Source: Asterias rubens
Taxonomy: Eukaryota
Direction: 5' to 3'
DNA length: 64,000 bases
NCBI RefSeq assembly: GCF_902459465.1
Contig: NC_047065.1
Coordinates: forward strand, 2,542,001 to 2,606,000
The position numbers and the translations under genes are program-made. This document shows positions 41,434-53,388 of this stretch, one piece after another. Under the pieces are notes generated by a model. That model was given only the letters and a program-made list of their open reading frames with translations, did not search any database and had not been told where the DNA came from. Position 1 is the first letter of the stretch. Each line of letters starts with the position of its first letter.

Positions 41434-43774
41434 CTGAGTTACTCGTCCTAACTCGAGATAGGATTTATCCTAGCATTTCGTGAAATCGGCTGCAGTGCCT
41501 TTAATTCTAATTGCAACATTCATTTCAATTCAATTCACTTTATTGTCCCAGATGGGAAATTCAGTTTAGACGAGACGACTTATTTATGCACTAACAAAAA
41601 TGTTTGGTCCACAGTGAAAACACTGGCTTATTTGCTTTGCGCACAAAAATATTGGGTATTTTTTGTCAATCATTGGACCAAAACGTACACCAACAACGTT
41701 GTTTTTCGATCTATCCATTAACCTACACGGGTTAATATTCCAGAAAGTATGAAGTACATATACATGTACACTGCACTACACTTTGTATACAGCGGTAGGT
41801 AGCAAAATTCATTGCACTGTCTGGGCTGATTTTATTTTGTTGTTATTATTATTATTTTTTTTAAACTACACTTGGAACTGACTAACTTATCATGCTTAAC
41901 AAAATCGATGTTTTACCTCAAAATCAGTTGTGGCCGAAGGAGGGTACTTCTCGTTTAATTGAAGAAGTTGCATAAATTATAACAATCGCCGTGTGATGAA
42001 ATGTTACCTGGAAAAAGGGTACACTATGAAAACTATATTGAATATAACTAATAAAACACACTCAAGATCGGGTGGGGAAAAGACGCGAGGAAATGCACAA
42101 AAAAAATAGGAACAGATGACACAAAGTATAGGTTTCTCAAACAAAAATAAAAAATGACTTTATTGATTATAAGACAATTTAACAAAAGCAGTATAAAACA
42201 ATGCAAACCTTAAAAATGATTCTGTTCGGAACTTCAAACAAAGAAAACCAAGTTAAACCTAAACCAAAATAAACTATAAGAAACCTTGACCAAAGCTAAC
42301 AAAAAAACTAAACAAAAATCAAATTAAAATCAAAATGGCTTTTGAAACTGATTCCATAATTATTAGCAGGAAATACACTTGAAGCAGGCAAAATTATGTA
42401 GAAATTAAAACTTAAGCAGAGAGATAAAACAGAAGTGCTCCTTGCGCTGCCAGGCTGCTATCTGATTGTTATTTAAAGATACAATCAATCACAACCTCAA
42501 GTTCAAAATCCATTTAGCAAAATAACCAATCTGTGAAAGTTTCATCACATTGGGATAGCCAGTGAATCCAATCTGAAAGATGTTGAGTACAGGAAATTAG
42601 AAACCTACCCAAGTTGGATCATTACCTGTTACACAGTTGTTTATTTTAGATTCCATTCATAGATTATACTTCTGTCATAGATTATATCTGAGCATTAATT
42701 AACCAGGACATATCCATTGCAGTTAATATTAGTCTTATTAGGCCTACTAAGAGAATAATCGATTTTCCACCATACCGCCATTTGCTTGTTTCAAAGCATT
42801 TGCAGGGGGGGGGGACCCAAACAGAACAATTATTGGGAAAGGAGACAGTTGTGGTTTAAGACACTGGACACTATTGGTAATTGTCAAGGACCAGTCTTCT
42901 TACTTGGAGTATATAATATGCATAAAATAACAAACCTGTGAAAATTTGAGCTCAATTGGTCGTCGAAGTTGCCAGTAGCTATGAAAGAAAAAACAACCTT
43001 GTCACACGAAGTTGTGTGCTTTCAGATGCTTTGCGAGACCTCAAAATCCAGTTCTGATGTCTCATAATCAAGTTCGTGGACACTTACTTCTTTCTCGAAA
43101 GCGCGTCACTTCAGAGAGAGCCGTTACTCACAATGTTGTATACTATCAACCTCTCCCCATTACTCGTTACCAAGATTTTATGCTAATAACTATTTGGAGC
43201 AATTACCAATAGTGTCCACTGCCTTTAAAAAGGCGTCGATCTAGTATGGAACCGTATTAAGCCCTTTTTAATGTTCGTATATATCTAAATTCTATAGGAA
43301 CAACTTTCATGACAAAACTTACAAAATAAAATATTGTATTCGATTCAACAAGCCACCGCATTGTTTATAAAAACACTAGCATCCACTCTCATTATACGAG
43401 TCGGATTTAGAACGGGTTATATTAGAAGGGTATCTTGAGAGTTTTATAAGCAATGCGTTTGTACTTGGAAGTCTTACATACTATACTGGTCGTATTGGGT
43501 TTAAAGTGACATTCCTTATTAGTTACTTTCTGCAACTATTTTAGCTACCCGATGTCACGATTTTTATACATGTCTCATTTAATCCATTGCATTAAAAGTT
43601 AATTCACATTAAATTGTTTTCCATGTTTTCCATTTTTAGGTTTCAAAGTACAGGTTTAATTATTTTTGTTTAAAAATTTACGAGAAACTTAATAAGGTGA
43701 AGCGAATAGGTGATTTATGAGGAGATGTTTATTACTGTGTACCTTTTTATAATGGTATCCATCTTAATTAAGGA

Positions 43775-46700
43775 CTAAACTTTCCTTCTAATCTTCATCT
43801 CAGTTGTTTTGAGTGAGCGGGAAGCCGAAAAGCCATTCCACCTAATTCCTTCGTTGTTCGTAGTGGCCCAATTGAAGTATCTCCCGTTCAAATTGGAGGC
43901 GGCGCAGGAATAGTACCACCAGGCTCCGTGGCGGTCCTGGGCACAGTTACCACTACTCCATAAATCGTTGTCTCGGTCTTTGGTCGTAAAGGCCTGGTTA
44001 TTGTGGTATGCTAACCAGTCTCCTGAAAGATAACACACGTAGCCATTATAGTCACGTGTAAATAAAGGCGACTGTTGACAGGAGGTAACTTTAAACATTA
44101 ATTTGTTTCGAACATAACCTAGGCCGATAAGGTGGGATTAGAAACAAATTTATCAATTAATGGAACTGGGATATTGGGAGAAGCTGCATTTTGTTTTCTT
44201 TTTAAAGCCATTGGACACATTCTGAACAGAACCAAAAGTTAAAAGTTCACAGATTTACAAATAACTTACAAAGTTTACAGAAGGTACTGGTGAAAGACTT
44301 CCCTTGAAATATTATTCCATGAAACGCTTTACTTTTTGAGAAAACATTAAAACACCTATCAATTTTCGATATCAACAATAACGGATTTATTATAAACACA
44401 TGTCATGACATGGCGAAACGTGCGGAAACAAGAGTGGGTTTTCCCGTTATTTTCTCCTGACTCCGATGACCGATTGAGCCTAACTTTTCACAGGTTTGTT
44501 GTTTTATATTATTATACGTTGTGATACACGAAGTGCCCTTTGGACAATACTGTTTACCGATGACAGTTTAATAAGATAGTTAGAAAATTGCTATCGAAAT
44601 GGGATTTAAAAGCAACGTTTATACGTTATATTTGTTCTCCTCCAAATTGTGGTTTTACGATTCTGTTAAAATGTTTCTAGCGAGTTTAAAATGGCTGAAT
44701 TCAAGTTATTTGTCGTACATTTTGTCATTTTTTAGTTTCAAGGGATTAACATCATCTTCCTCTTTTTTACTTGGTGTTGGGCAGCAAAGGATACACCCCT
44801 CCAATTTCGGCTTGGTTTGAGCAGCGAGGAATGCAAAATTTTACCCCTCCTTTTTCCGTCTGGAATTGAGGAACAAAACATAGACAATTCCCCCTCCAAT
44901 TTTAAAGGCACTCCAGACACTATCGGTTATTACTCAAAATGATTATTAGAAACCTACTTGAAATAGCATTGGAGAGATGTGAACATCGTGAGAAACGGCT
45001 CCCTCTGAAGGAGCGTAGTTTTTTGAGAAAGAGGTGATTTCTTATTCAACTATTTGAATCACGATGTTGCTTTTCTGTCTTTCATTGAGACCTACCAAAA
45101 ACAATCGGTCACAGCGATAAACACAGACTACCCTGCAATATTTCTGTATAACTACGAAGTATCCACTTATAGCATCTTACCTGCGGTTCCATTGTAACTT
45201 CCTACAGTCAGCCGGTAGTTATCGCTCACATCGGCGATGCCGAACGATTCATACAAGGCAAAGCCGGTATCGTCGTCGAAGCTTGTGAGATCTACGCGGA
45301 GTTCGTACTCGCCCTGAGCAGTCAGACGGTGCAAGTTGTCGTTACCGAGCCAAAACTCTCCCTCTAGATTCCCAAAGCCCCGGCTGTAGTTGGCAAAGTC
45401 CAAATAGAAATCTACACTGCCGTCCTGACGCCGCTGGAAAACCTATCGAAGACAAATTAACGCACATCATTTTGAATGGCTTTGTGTTCACATAACATTT
45501 TAGACTTTACACTTCTAAAAAATGTGTATTTTGGATGGAAAGTCCTCCATTGTCTTACCGTCCAGCCTCCGCCGTCTGTCTCCATATCACAGTACACCTT
45601 GAATGGCCTACCGGAGTCCGGCTTCGCGGCATAAACGCCACTGCGTGCCTCACCTCGTGCGAGCACGTCGGAACAATCTCTGACTCCTTATATAAAAAAC
45701 AAGATAATGATTTTTAGTATAGATGGAAAACAGAATACCAGGACAAGATTGAAATGAGAATCATCTACTATATCCCTCTCTTTAAAGTCACTGAATACTA
45801 TTGGTAACTACTCAAAATAATCGTTAGCATAAAACTTACTTGGTAATGAGCAATGGAGAGCTGTTGATGGTATAAAACAGTGTAAGAATTGAAACGGCTC
45901 CCTCTGAAGTAACGTAGTTTTCGAGAAAGAAGTATTTTCCAACTTAAATACTTGAATAGCCTTGCTCAAGGCAGTCGCATTATTCGCTCCAAAAGACGCC
46001 GCTGTAAACCCATCCGTATACCCTGTGCGTGGTGCGTGCGATCACACCGCATGACCCACCCGTATACACACTGTCACATCGTACGACTACTGTGCACACA
46101 AGTCATCCGCACTCGTACCACTAACCGCATGCGGAGGCGGCCTCCACATGCGGATAGTGTACGGGGGCATCGTGTCGTGCGATACGCACAGTGAATACGG
46201 GTGGGTTTTTATATAGCGGCGGTCTTTTTTCGGAGTGAATAATTCGACTTTCTTGAGCAAGGCTAATACTTGAATTGAATTTGAGACTTCAGCTGAGGTC
46301 TCGAAATCAAGCGTCTGAAAGCACACAACTTGTGCGACAAGGGCGTTTTTCTTTCTTTATTCTCTTGCAACTTCTACGACTATTTGACTCCCTAATTTCA
46401 CAGGTTTGTTATTTTATGCATTATTTTTTTACTGTCGAGTTATACCAAGTGAAAACACTGGTCTTTGACAATTACTGAAGGCGTCCAGTGCCTTTAAACA
46501 TACGAACTCTCTTAATGTAAAAGAGTGAAAAAAACACTCCTTTTGTCCGCCATACCACTCTTGCAAAGAGCCATATGACGAAAAACTCTTTTTAGAGTGA
46601 AAGACGGGTACTTTCAACTAAATTTAGAGTGAAGTTTGTTCCAATTTCACTCAAAAAGAGTAACACAGATTAACTTTCACTCTCAAAAGAGCGAAAGTGA

Positions 46701-47962
46701 TACCACTCGGAGTGAAAACACCCTTGTCGTCGCACTTTTGTGTACGAGTAAATTTGAACGCATGTTTATAATGGACAGTTTAAGGTGTAATGCTTACGAT
46801 CAGGTGTGGGGGGGGGGGTCGAGTACGTTTCGAATGGTGATTAAATAGACCCCTTGCATAAATGTCGCCACTGAGGTCCATAAAGGGCCATCTTTGGCGG
46901 AGAGCAATGCGCAGCGCGTCACCGCGCGTTGATAGATTGACATTAGAGGTGGCCGCCAATGCTAGGGGTCTTTTGTGTACAACAGTCTCCCCTCAACAAA
47001 GTCTTGGATATTTTAGAGGTAGTGTTGTCTGCTTGTGTCTATTTCTACCTCCATGGTTTAACCACGATTGTGAGCAAACAAAACCTACCATGGATCTTCG
47101 TCAACCTAGATACTGACTCCTGGAGCTCTTCCACCTGACGCCCAATGACTCCCATTTCACGTCTTGTGTCTTTTAACTGAAGTGTTGTGTTTCTTAGTGC
47201 GACAGTTACCTTTTGTTGGTTGGTCGAAACTGCAGTCTGCAACTCACTAACCATTCGACGTGTTTCCTCTTGCTCAGAGGTGGCTGTTTCTTGGTTGGTT
47301 GATATTGCAGCCATTGTACGTCTTGCCGCAGTCTGCAACTCACTAACCATACGTCGCGTGGCTGTTTCTTGGTTGGTCGATACTGCAACCTGCAACTCAC
47401 TAACCATTCGACGTGTTTCCTCTTGCTCAGAGGTGGCTGTTTCTTGGTTGGTCGATACTGCAGCCTGCAACTCACTAACCATTCGACGTGTTTCCTCTTG
47501 CTCAGAGGTGGCTGTTTCTTGGTTGGTCGATACTGCAACCTGCAACTCACTAACCATTCGACGTGTTTCCTCTTGCTCAGAGGTGGCTGTTTCTTGGTTG
47601 GTCGATACTGCGACCTGTAACTCACTAACCATTCGTCGTGTTTCCTCGTGCTCAGAGGTGGCTGTTTCTTGTATGGTTGATATTGCAGCCATCGTACGTC
47701 TTGTGTCCTCCAGCTCCGATGAAACAGTTTCAGTCATTAGTACTTTGAGCTCTTTCACCTGGTCTTGTGTGTTTCTGAGTTCATCTTCAAGAATGACTAG
47801 GTAGTTTTCTACAATAAGCCTTAACTCGGCTACCTTACTACTTGTATCTACATCACATGAAACCGTTCTCTGGTTGCTGGAAGCTTCAACTTGTAGTTCA
47901 ACTTGAGACTTCACAATCAGAACGACCAAGAGCGAACGGATTAACAACCCCATTTTGCTCAA
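43775..47962 (-). CDS. FReD copy 4, intact, ~503 aa, divergent N-terminus with 25-aa repeat coiled-coil stalk
   Basis: Exons 47089-47962, 45559-45686, 45181-45442, 43775-44022; GT-AG; phases 1/0/1; 1512 nt open. Start could also be ATG 47953 ([14 protein letters not shown] signal peptide). Confidence 0.9.
45786..46493. mobile_element. MITE family A in intron 1 of copy 4, interrupted by a nested element
   Basis: TTAA|AGTCACTG ... CCAGTGCCT|TTAA; the halves are contiguous once 45957-46274 is removed. Confidence 0.8.
45957..46265. mobile_element. 309-bp palindromic MITE with 9-bp TSD (Mutator-like by TSD length)
   Basis: atacttgaa|TAGCCTTGCTCAAG ... CTTGAGCAAGGCTA|atacttgaa. Confidence 0.88.
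47217..47700 (-). repeat. 75-bp coding tandem repeat ([25 protein letters not shown]), about 6-7 units, one internally deleted
   Basis: Unit ttggttggtcgatactgcaacctgcaactcactaaccattcgacgtgtttcctcttgctcagaggtggctgtttc recurs at 47368, 47443, 47518, 47593 and 47217. Confidence 0.95.
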
Positions 47963-48154
47963 TTATAACTGCAACTACAAAACACGACTCCTTTCGTTGC
48001 TGAATAGAGTAGAAATGTATAGATGAGTGAGCAACAGCCTATCTGTAGATCATTTTATATTGAACAGATGGTACCCGCATTAAAGTTTGTTTTTCTTCCT
48101 GATACGCTGTTAGAGCGACCTGGATTCTTAGGGTAAATAACCGCTGAACGTTAA

Positions 48155-48528
48155 AGACACTGGACACTGTTGGTTATTGTCAAAGACCAGTCTTCTCACA
48201 TCTCAACATATGCATAAAATAACAAACCTGTGAAAATTTGAGTTCATTACTGGTCGTCGAAGTTACGAGATAATATGGAAGAAAAAATACACTTGTCACA
48301 CGAAGTTGTGTGCTTTCAGTTGCTTGATTTCGAGGGCCTCAAAATCTAATTCTGAGGTCTCGAAATCAAACTCGTGAAAATTGACTTTTTTTCTCGGAAA
48401 CTACGTTACTTCAGAGGGAGCCTTTACTCACCATGTTTTATACTATCAACAGCTCTCCATTACTTGTTACCAAGTAAGGTTTTGTGCTATTAATTATTTT
48501 TAGTAATTACCAATAGTGTCCACTGCCT
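48155..48528. mobile_element. MITE family A upstream of copy 4
   Basis: TTAA-flanked family A TIRs. Confidence 0.88.
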
Positions 48529-48862
48529 TTAAGAGAGACTGACTCGGGAACTATGTAGGTAGGTCAGAGATCAGAGAGTGTCGTGTGAACAATTTTCAAC
48601 CAGACTCGAGGATTGGTTTTGGACTTGGACCAGACCCAAAGTTGTTATAATGACGTGTTGACAACGAACAAGGAAGTACAACTCAGTCTGAACATAACAT
48701 GGAAAGATGGCTTAACAAGAGATTGATGGTTTTTGCAGCTTTCACTATGGACAATGTAGTATAGCGCTTGGCTATGGGTTGGGTCCTGAGTCTCGGCTGA
48801 ATAAAGGTGTCGAGGACGACTTTTGAGCTTTGTGACGTACGAAATGTACCCAAACCCTTTAA

Positions 48863-49191
48863 AGGGAAGGTACACCTTTGGTACTTGTCAAAGACCAGTT
48901 TTCTTACTTGCTGTATCCCACCATAAGCATAAAATAACAAACCTGTGAAAATTTGAGCTCAATTGGTCATCGGAGTTGCGAGAAAACTATGACAGAAAAA
49001 ACACACTTGTCATTGTGTGCTTTCAGATAGGAATACAAGACTTTTATTATTTTAGTGAGAAATCACCTCTTTCTCAAAATCGATGATACTTCAGAATGTT
49101 TTATACCATTAACAGCTCTCCAAATGCTCGTTACCAAATCAGTTTTGAAGTTAATTTGCAATTACCGAATTACCAAACGTGTACCTTCCCT
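48863..49191. mobile_element. MITE family A subfamily with AGGGAAGGTACAC ends (second copy 51381-51746)
   Basis: TTAA|AGGGAAGGTACAC ... GTGTACCTTCCCT|TTAA; interior homologous to family A. Confidence 0.85.
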
Positions 49192-49569
49192 TTAAAAGAA
49201 AATCCCGCAATGGGTTATTATCCTTTTTTCAAAGATAAAAATCCGCATGATAGTTCATTGACCGAAACCCAAACTTTCACTTGACATAAAGTCACCAGAG
49301 ATTACTACGATCATTATTTTATGTAATTGTGACATCTGACTTTTTTTCAGGAACCGTCAAAGATGCATTAGGGAGTTACACGCTACCGTTTTATCTTACC
49401 AGCCTAATGTTTGCCCGAGCAGCTAAAGTTATGACCTCTCGACCTTTTGCACAGCAGTCGACGAGTTCAACAAGTCGCCTGAATAAAAGTTGCCTGAGTT
49501 GCACTGTAGACTTGATTCAAGTCCCATTCTCGTGTGAGAGGTCCCGAAGCATATGCTCAAACTTACTAT

Positions 49570-49815
49570 GGGTGCGTTCGTTAATAGCTTCCCTGGGTCG
49601 ACCCCCGCAGTGCGCACTCGGGTGAGCCCCGGACAAGAGCTAATCGAACGATCACACTCGCTCTCTCGTGGTGACGGCATGCATCTCAGGTCACCCCCAA
49701 GTGACCCACTCCACAAGCAGGGCACTGGGGGCTGACCCAGGTGAGCCCCCTCAAAGCTATTCGAACGTACCGGGGCAGACCGGGGCCGACCCAGGGAAGC
49801 TAAACGAACGCACCC
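49570..49815. mobile_element. Harbinger-like MITE
   Basis: GGGTGCGTTCGTT..AGCTTCCCTGGGTCG ... CGACCCAGGGAAGCTAAACGAACGCACCC inverted ends. Confidence 0.8.
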
Positions 49816-49909
49816 ACTAAAACAACACGTAGCATACACAGTACAGTGCGCGCTCGCCGTCAAAATGTGCTAACGAGAACAGGTTTTGGAATGAATGCAG
49901 AGCACTTCG

Positions 49910-50040
49910 GAATGTCAGCTGCGCATGTCTGTTACTGCTAACAATGGATTTTGTCATTCTCCCAGCGGGTATTGTCAAAAGGTTATGGGAGATAGACGAA
50001 CCCCATTGTCAGCAGTAACAGACATGCGCAGCTGACATTC
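49910..50040. repeat. Hairpin / MITE remnant with ~38-bp arms
   Basis: gaatgtcagctgcgcatgtctgttactgct..caatgg versus ccattg..agcagtaacagacatgcgcagctgacattc. Confidence 0.8.
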
Positions 50041-52637
50041 ATGAGTGGCTTATACGCACAAACTTTTCCAAGTGACGTCGTAACCATAGTTTTGGGGTCG
50101 CGACTCTATGGGGCGCCAACAGTAGTTTTTTTTATTTAAAGCAATATTTACAAAAAAATTAATCATACAACACGTAATTCATTATTCATCCATTGTTTTA
50201 CCTTTATTTACAAATATTAAGTTTTAAACCACACAATTACACATAAGCTTCGCAAGGGTGATGACACACACCGCAAGCATAGGATTCACCAACTCAAGAC
50301 AGTCCAACCCTTTGAACCAAACATAAACACTGGTGTTAAATAACTTCCCATTACCCTCCATTTCACTTTAGCTGAAGAGTTTATTTTTTGTATATTTATT
50401 TTCTTTAAATAAAGTGTAAAATAATATGCAATTTGAAAAGGCCAGTGTGAACTTCAGGGCCCATGGACGGTGGGTCTGCCCACATTAAAAGCCCATACAA
50501 TCATGACATAATTAATCGTTTGTGTAATTCGGTCTTAAAGGTCAGAAAATGTAATATTTAAAACAGATTTACAAATGATAACTCAATATGGACACAGAAT
50601 GTTTAAAACATTTACAATCGTTTATTCACAGTCAGAAAAAACAACAAAATCTGCATAATCACATTATAATTATGATAATAAAACATTTTACCCATACATC
50701 ACTAATAAGCAGTGGGAATTCAACATTACCAAAACGATATTTCTTTCAGATGTCATTATTTTTGAAGGAACACCATACTTTCGTCAAAATCGTTGGGTTT
50801 TCTACTCTATGGTAGATATTGATGCTTTTGTGTAAAAGCTTGTAGGCCTACACTGGTGACCTGCCAGAATGCTGTGCAATGTACATTAGTGGCTGGTATC
50901 CTGCTCATTCACGTTACACCATCATTCTTTCTTTCTTATTTGCTTCATGAAAATGCAGCACTTAAAAATGAATCAAACAGGTGGCCATGTATGGTAAGAA
51001 CACATTAATGCTCCTTAAAAAAAAACACGATTATAGGTTCCTAAATCAACTTAAATCTAATATTACATCACGAGTGGCACCTTAAACTTAATTATGTAAA
51101 TAAGGGGTCAATCTACTCTTCAAATCCATGTCAAAATACTCCAAAGGAAATTAAAGATAATTTTAACCTTTGACATCGGTAAGCAATCCCTTCCATTGTT
51201 AAGAATACAGATAGTGTATGGGGTAATGCAATATTGTTTTAGCTCTGAAAAATTAAATAGAGTCTCTGAAATGTATTGAGAGCAACATTTTTTATGCTAA
51301 TTTCCACGCAATGCAGTAATGTATTATATTTTTTTAAGTGTACCAGTTAAATGATGACAACAACTACTAAAAACCTTTAAAGGGAAGGTACACGTTTGAT
51401 AATTACTCAAAACAAGTATTAACTTAAAGACTGACTTGGTAACGAGCATTGTGGAGCTGTTGGTAGTATAAAACATTGCGGGGAACGACTCCCTCTGATG
51501 AAACGTAGTTTTTGAGAGAGGTAATTTCTCACTAAAATAATAAAAGACTTCTAGCTAGAAGTCTTTTATTCCTATCCGAAAGCACACAAATTCGTCCAAC
51601 AAGGGTGTTTTTTCTTTCATCATTTTCTCGCAACTCCGATGACCAATTGGGCTCATATTTTCACAGGTTTGTTGTTTTATGCTTATGATGAGATACACCA
51701 AGTGAGAAGACTGGTCTTTGACAATTACCAAACATGTACCTTCCCTATAAGACAGGTGTCTCACTGGTCTTGTTTGGGAAACACCAGGAAAAAAAAAGAA
51801 ACTGTAATTAGAGGTGAACAATTTATCTCGAGGATTGCCTGGCCCACTTGTTTCCACTTTAACTTATCACAATACTATAATAATTACACTTTTCATAAAC
51901 TTATTTTAAACGGATCTTTCTTTCCTGCAACAGAAGATTCCATTATGCCAAAATAGAGTTAAAATATTTGAAATACTGTTAGTTTCTTTTCTTTTTTTTT
52001 AAACTTAAGTCATCGTGAATTTAAAGTAAATATATAAATCTCATTTTTACTAAAGTCATACATGGTTACTCATAAAAAAAGTGTCAAGTAACGAAGTGCC
52101 TTAATATACATTGCATTTAGATAGATGGCCCCTAACCCCTTACCCCCCCCCCCCCCCCCCCACACACACAAAACAAACAACTAAGACAGAATCCGATTTG
52201 GCTACTACAGCTAAGGCTAAGGCTACGGCTGGTGATAATGGAGTTGCTAAGGGACGTCCTATACTTCAACACATGATAATGCAGAATTCTAGCCGTAGCC
52301 GTAGCCGTCAGTTGGACACGGCCCGAGTATTAAAGACAAAGGACAACAAATTTCCAATCTCATCCAACTTGCTCGTCACTATCTCGCAAAAAAAAAAGTG
52401 GCATTTACATAATCAAAGAAACAACCAAAAAAACTAACCGTCCTCAGTTTTTGAAAGACTTGGTATCATCTGGTTATAAGGCTGGAGTTTCCCACATTAC
52501 ATGTCATCCTATTACTATAAAATATAACAACTGACCACTCAGACAAAATGGCGCCAGTTTGCACTTAAAACATTCCCTGTATTGTTATGATAAAATGGCA
52601 GTAATTAGTGGCATCACACCAAATCGCTTTTTCTTAA

Positions 52638-53020
52638 AGGCACTGGACACTATTGGTAATTATTCAAAATAGCTGTAAGCGTAAAAACTTAATTTGGTAA
52701 CGAGCAATGGAGAGCTGTTGGTAAGTATAAAACATTGTGAGAAACTGCTCCCTCTGAAGTACCGTAGTTTTTTTTAGAAAGTGGTACTTTCTCACTCAAA
52801 TAATAAAATACTTAAGCTGAAGCCTTTTATTATGCATATGGAAAGCACACAAAGTAAAGTAAAAGGTGTGTTTTTTCTTTCATTATTCTCTTGCAAAATT
52901 TGATGAACAATTGAGCACAAATTTCTACAGGTTTGTTATTCTGTGCATATGTGTGCATATGTTGGGATACACCAAGTGAGAATACGGGTCTTTGACAATT
53001 ACAGAAGGTGTCCAGTGTCT
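52638..53020. mobile_element. MITE family A (another copy 53788-54138)
   Basis: TTAA-flanked family A TIRs. Confidence 0.85.
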
Positions 53021-53226
53021 TTAAGTCCAATCATCTTCACTCGCGAATCCAATTCCTTTACTCAGCCTTCCAATCATTATTTGAATGCAGCATCTTGAAA
53101 TGCCAGATAAAAAAAAAAAAAAAGCACCACCGTAAAAGAAAAACTTACAAATATTACTGCACAATGAAAGATAAAAAGATCCAGTTCTCTTTCCAGAGGC
53201 TGGTTATTGTCATGCACTGTTTACTA

Positions 53227-53388
53227 TGGCCCTTTTCGAATCCACGGCTTCCGTCTTTGGACTTGGCTTCAGGCTCCGTCCACTCGTCTGAAGCCCTGAG
53301 CGCGTACACAAAGCACGGGCAAATGTCAACACAACCGGGGGCCAAGCTAGCCGAGCCGAATCCAAAGCCGAGGTTTCGAAAAGTGCCT
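53227..53388. mobile_element. Small TIR MITE
   Basis: ggcccttttcgaatccacggct ... agccgaggtttcgaaaagtgcc are imperfect inverted ends. Confidence 0.7.

Noticed and set aside
47187-47804. 205-aa + strand ORF and other alternative-frame ORFs
   Set aside because: Antisense or alternative frames of the 75-bp coding repeat of FReD copy 4.
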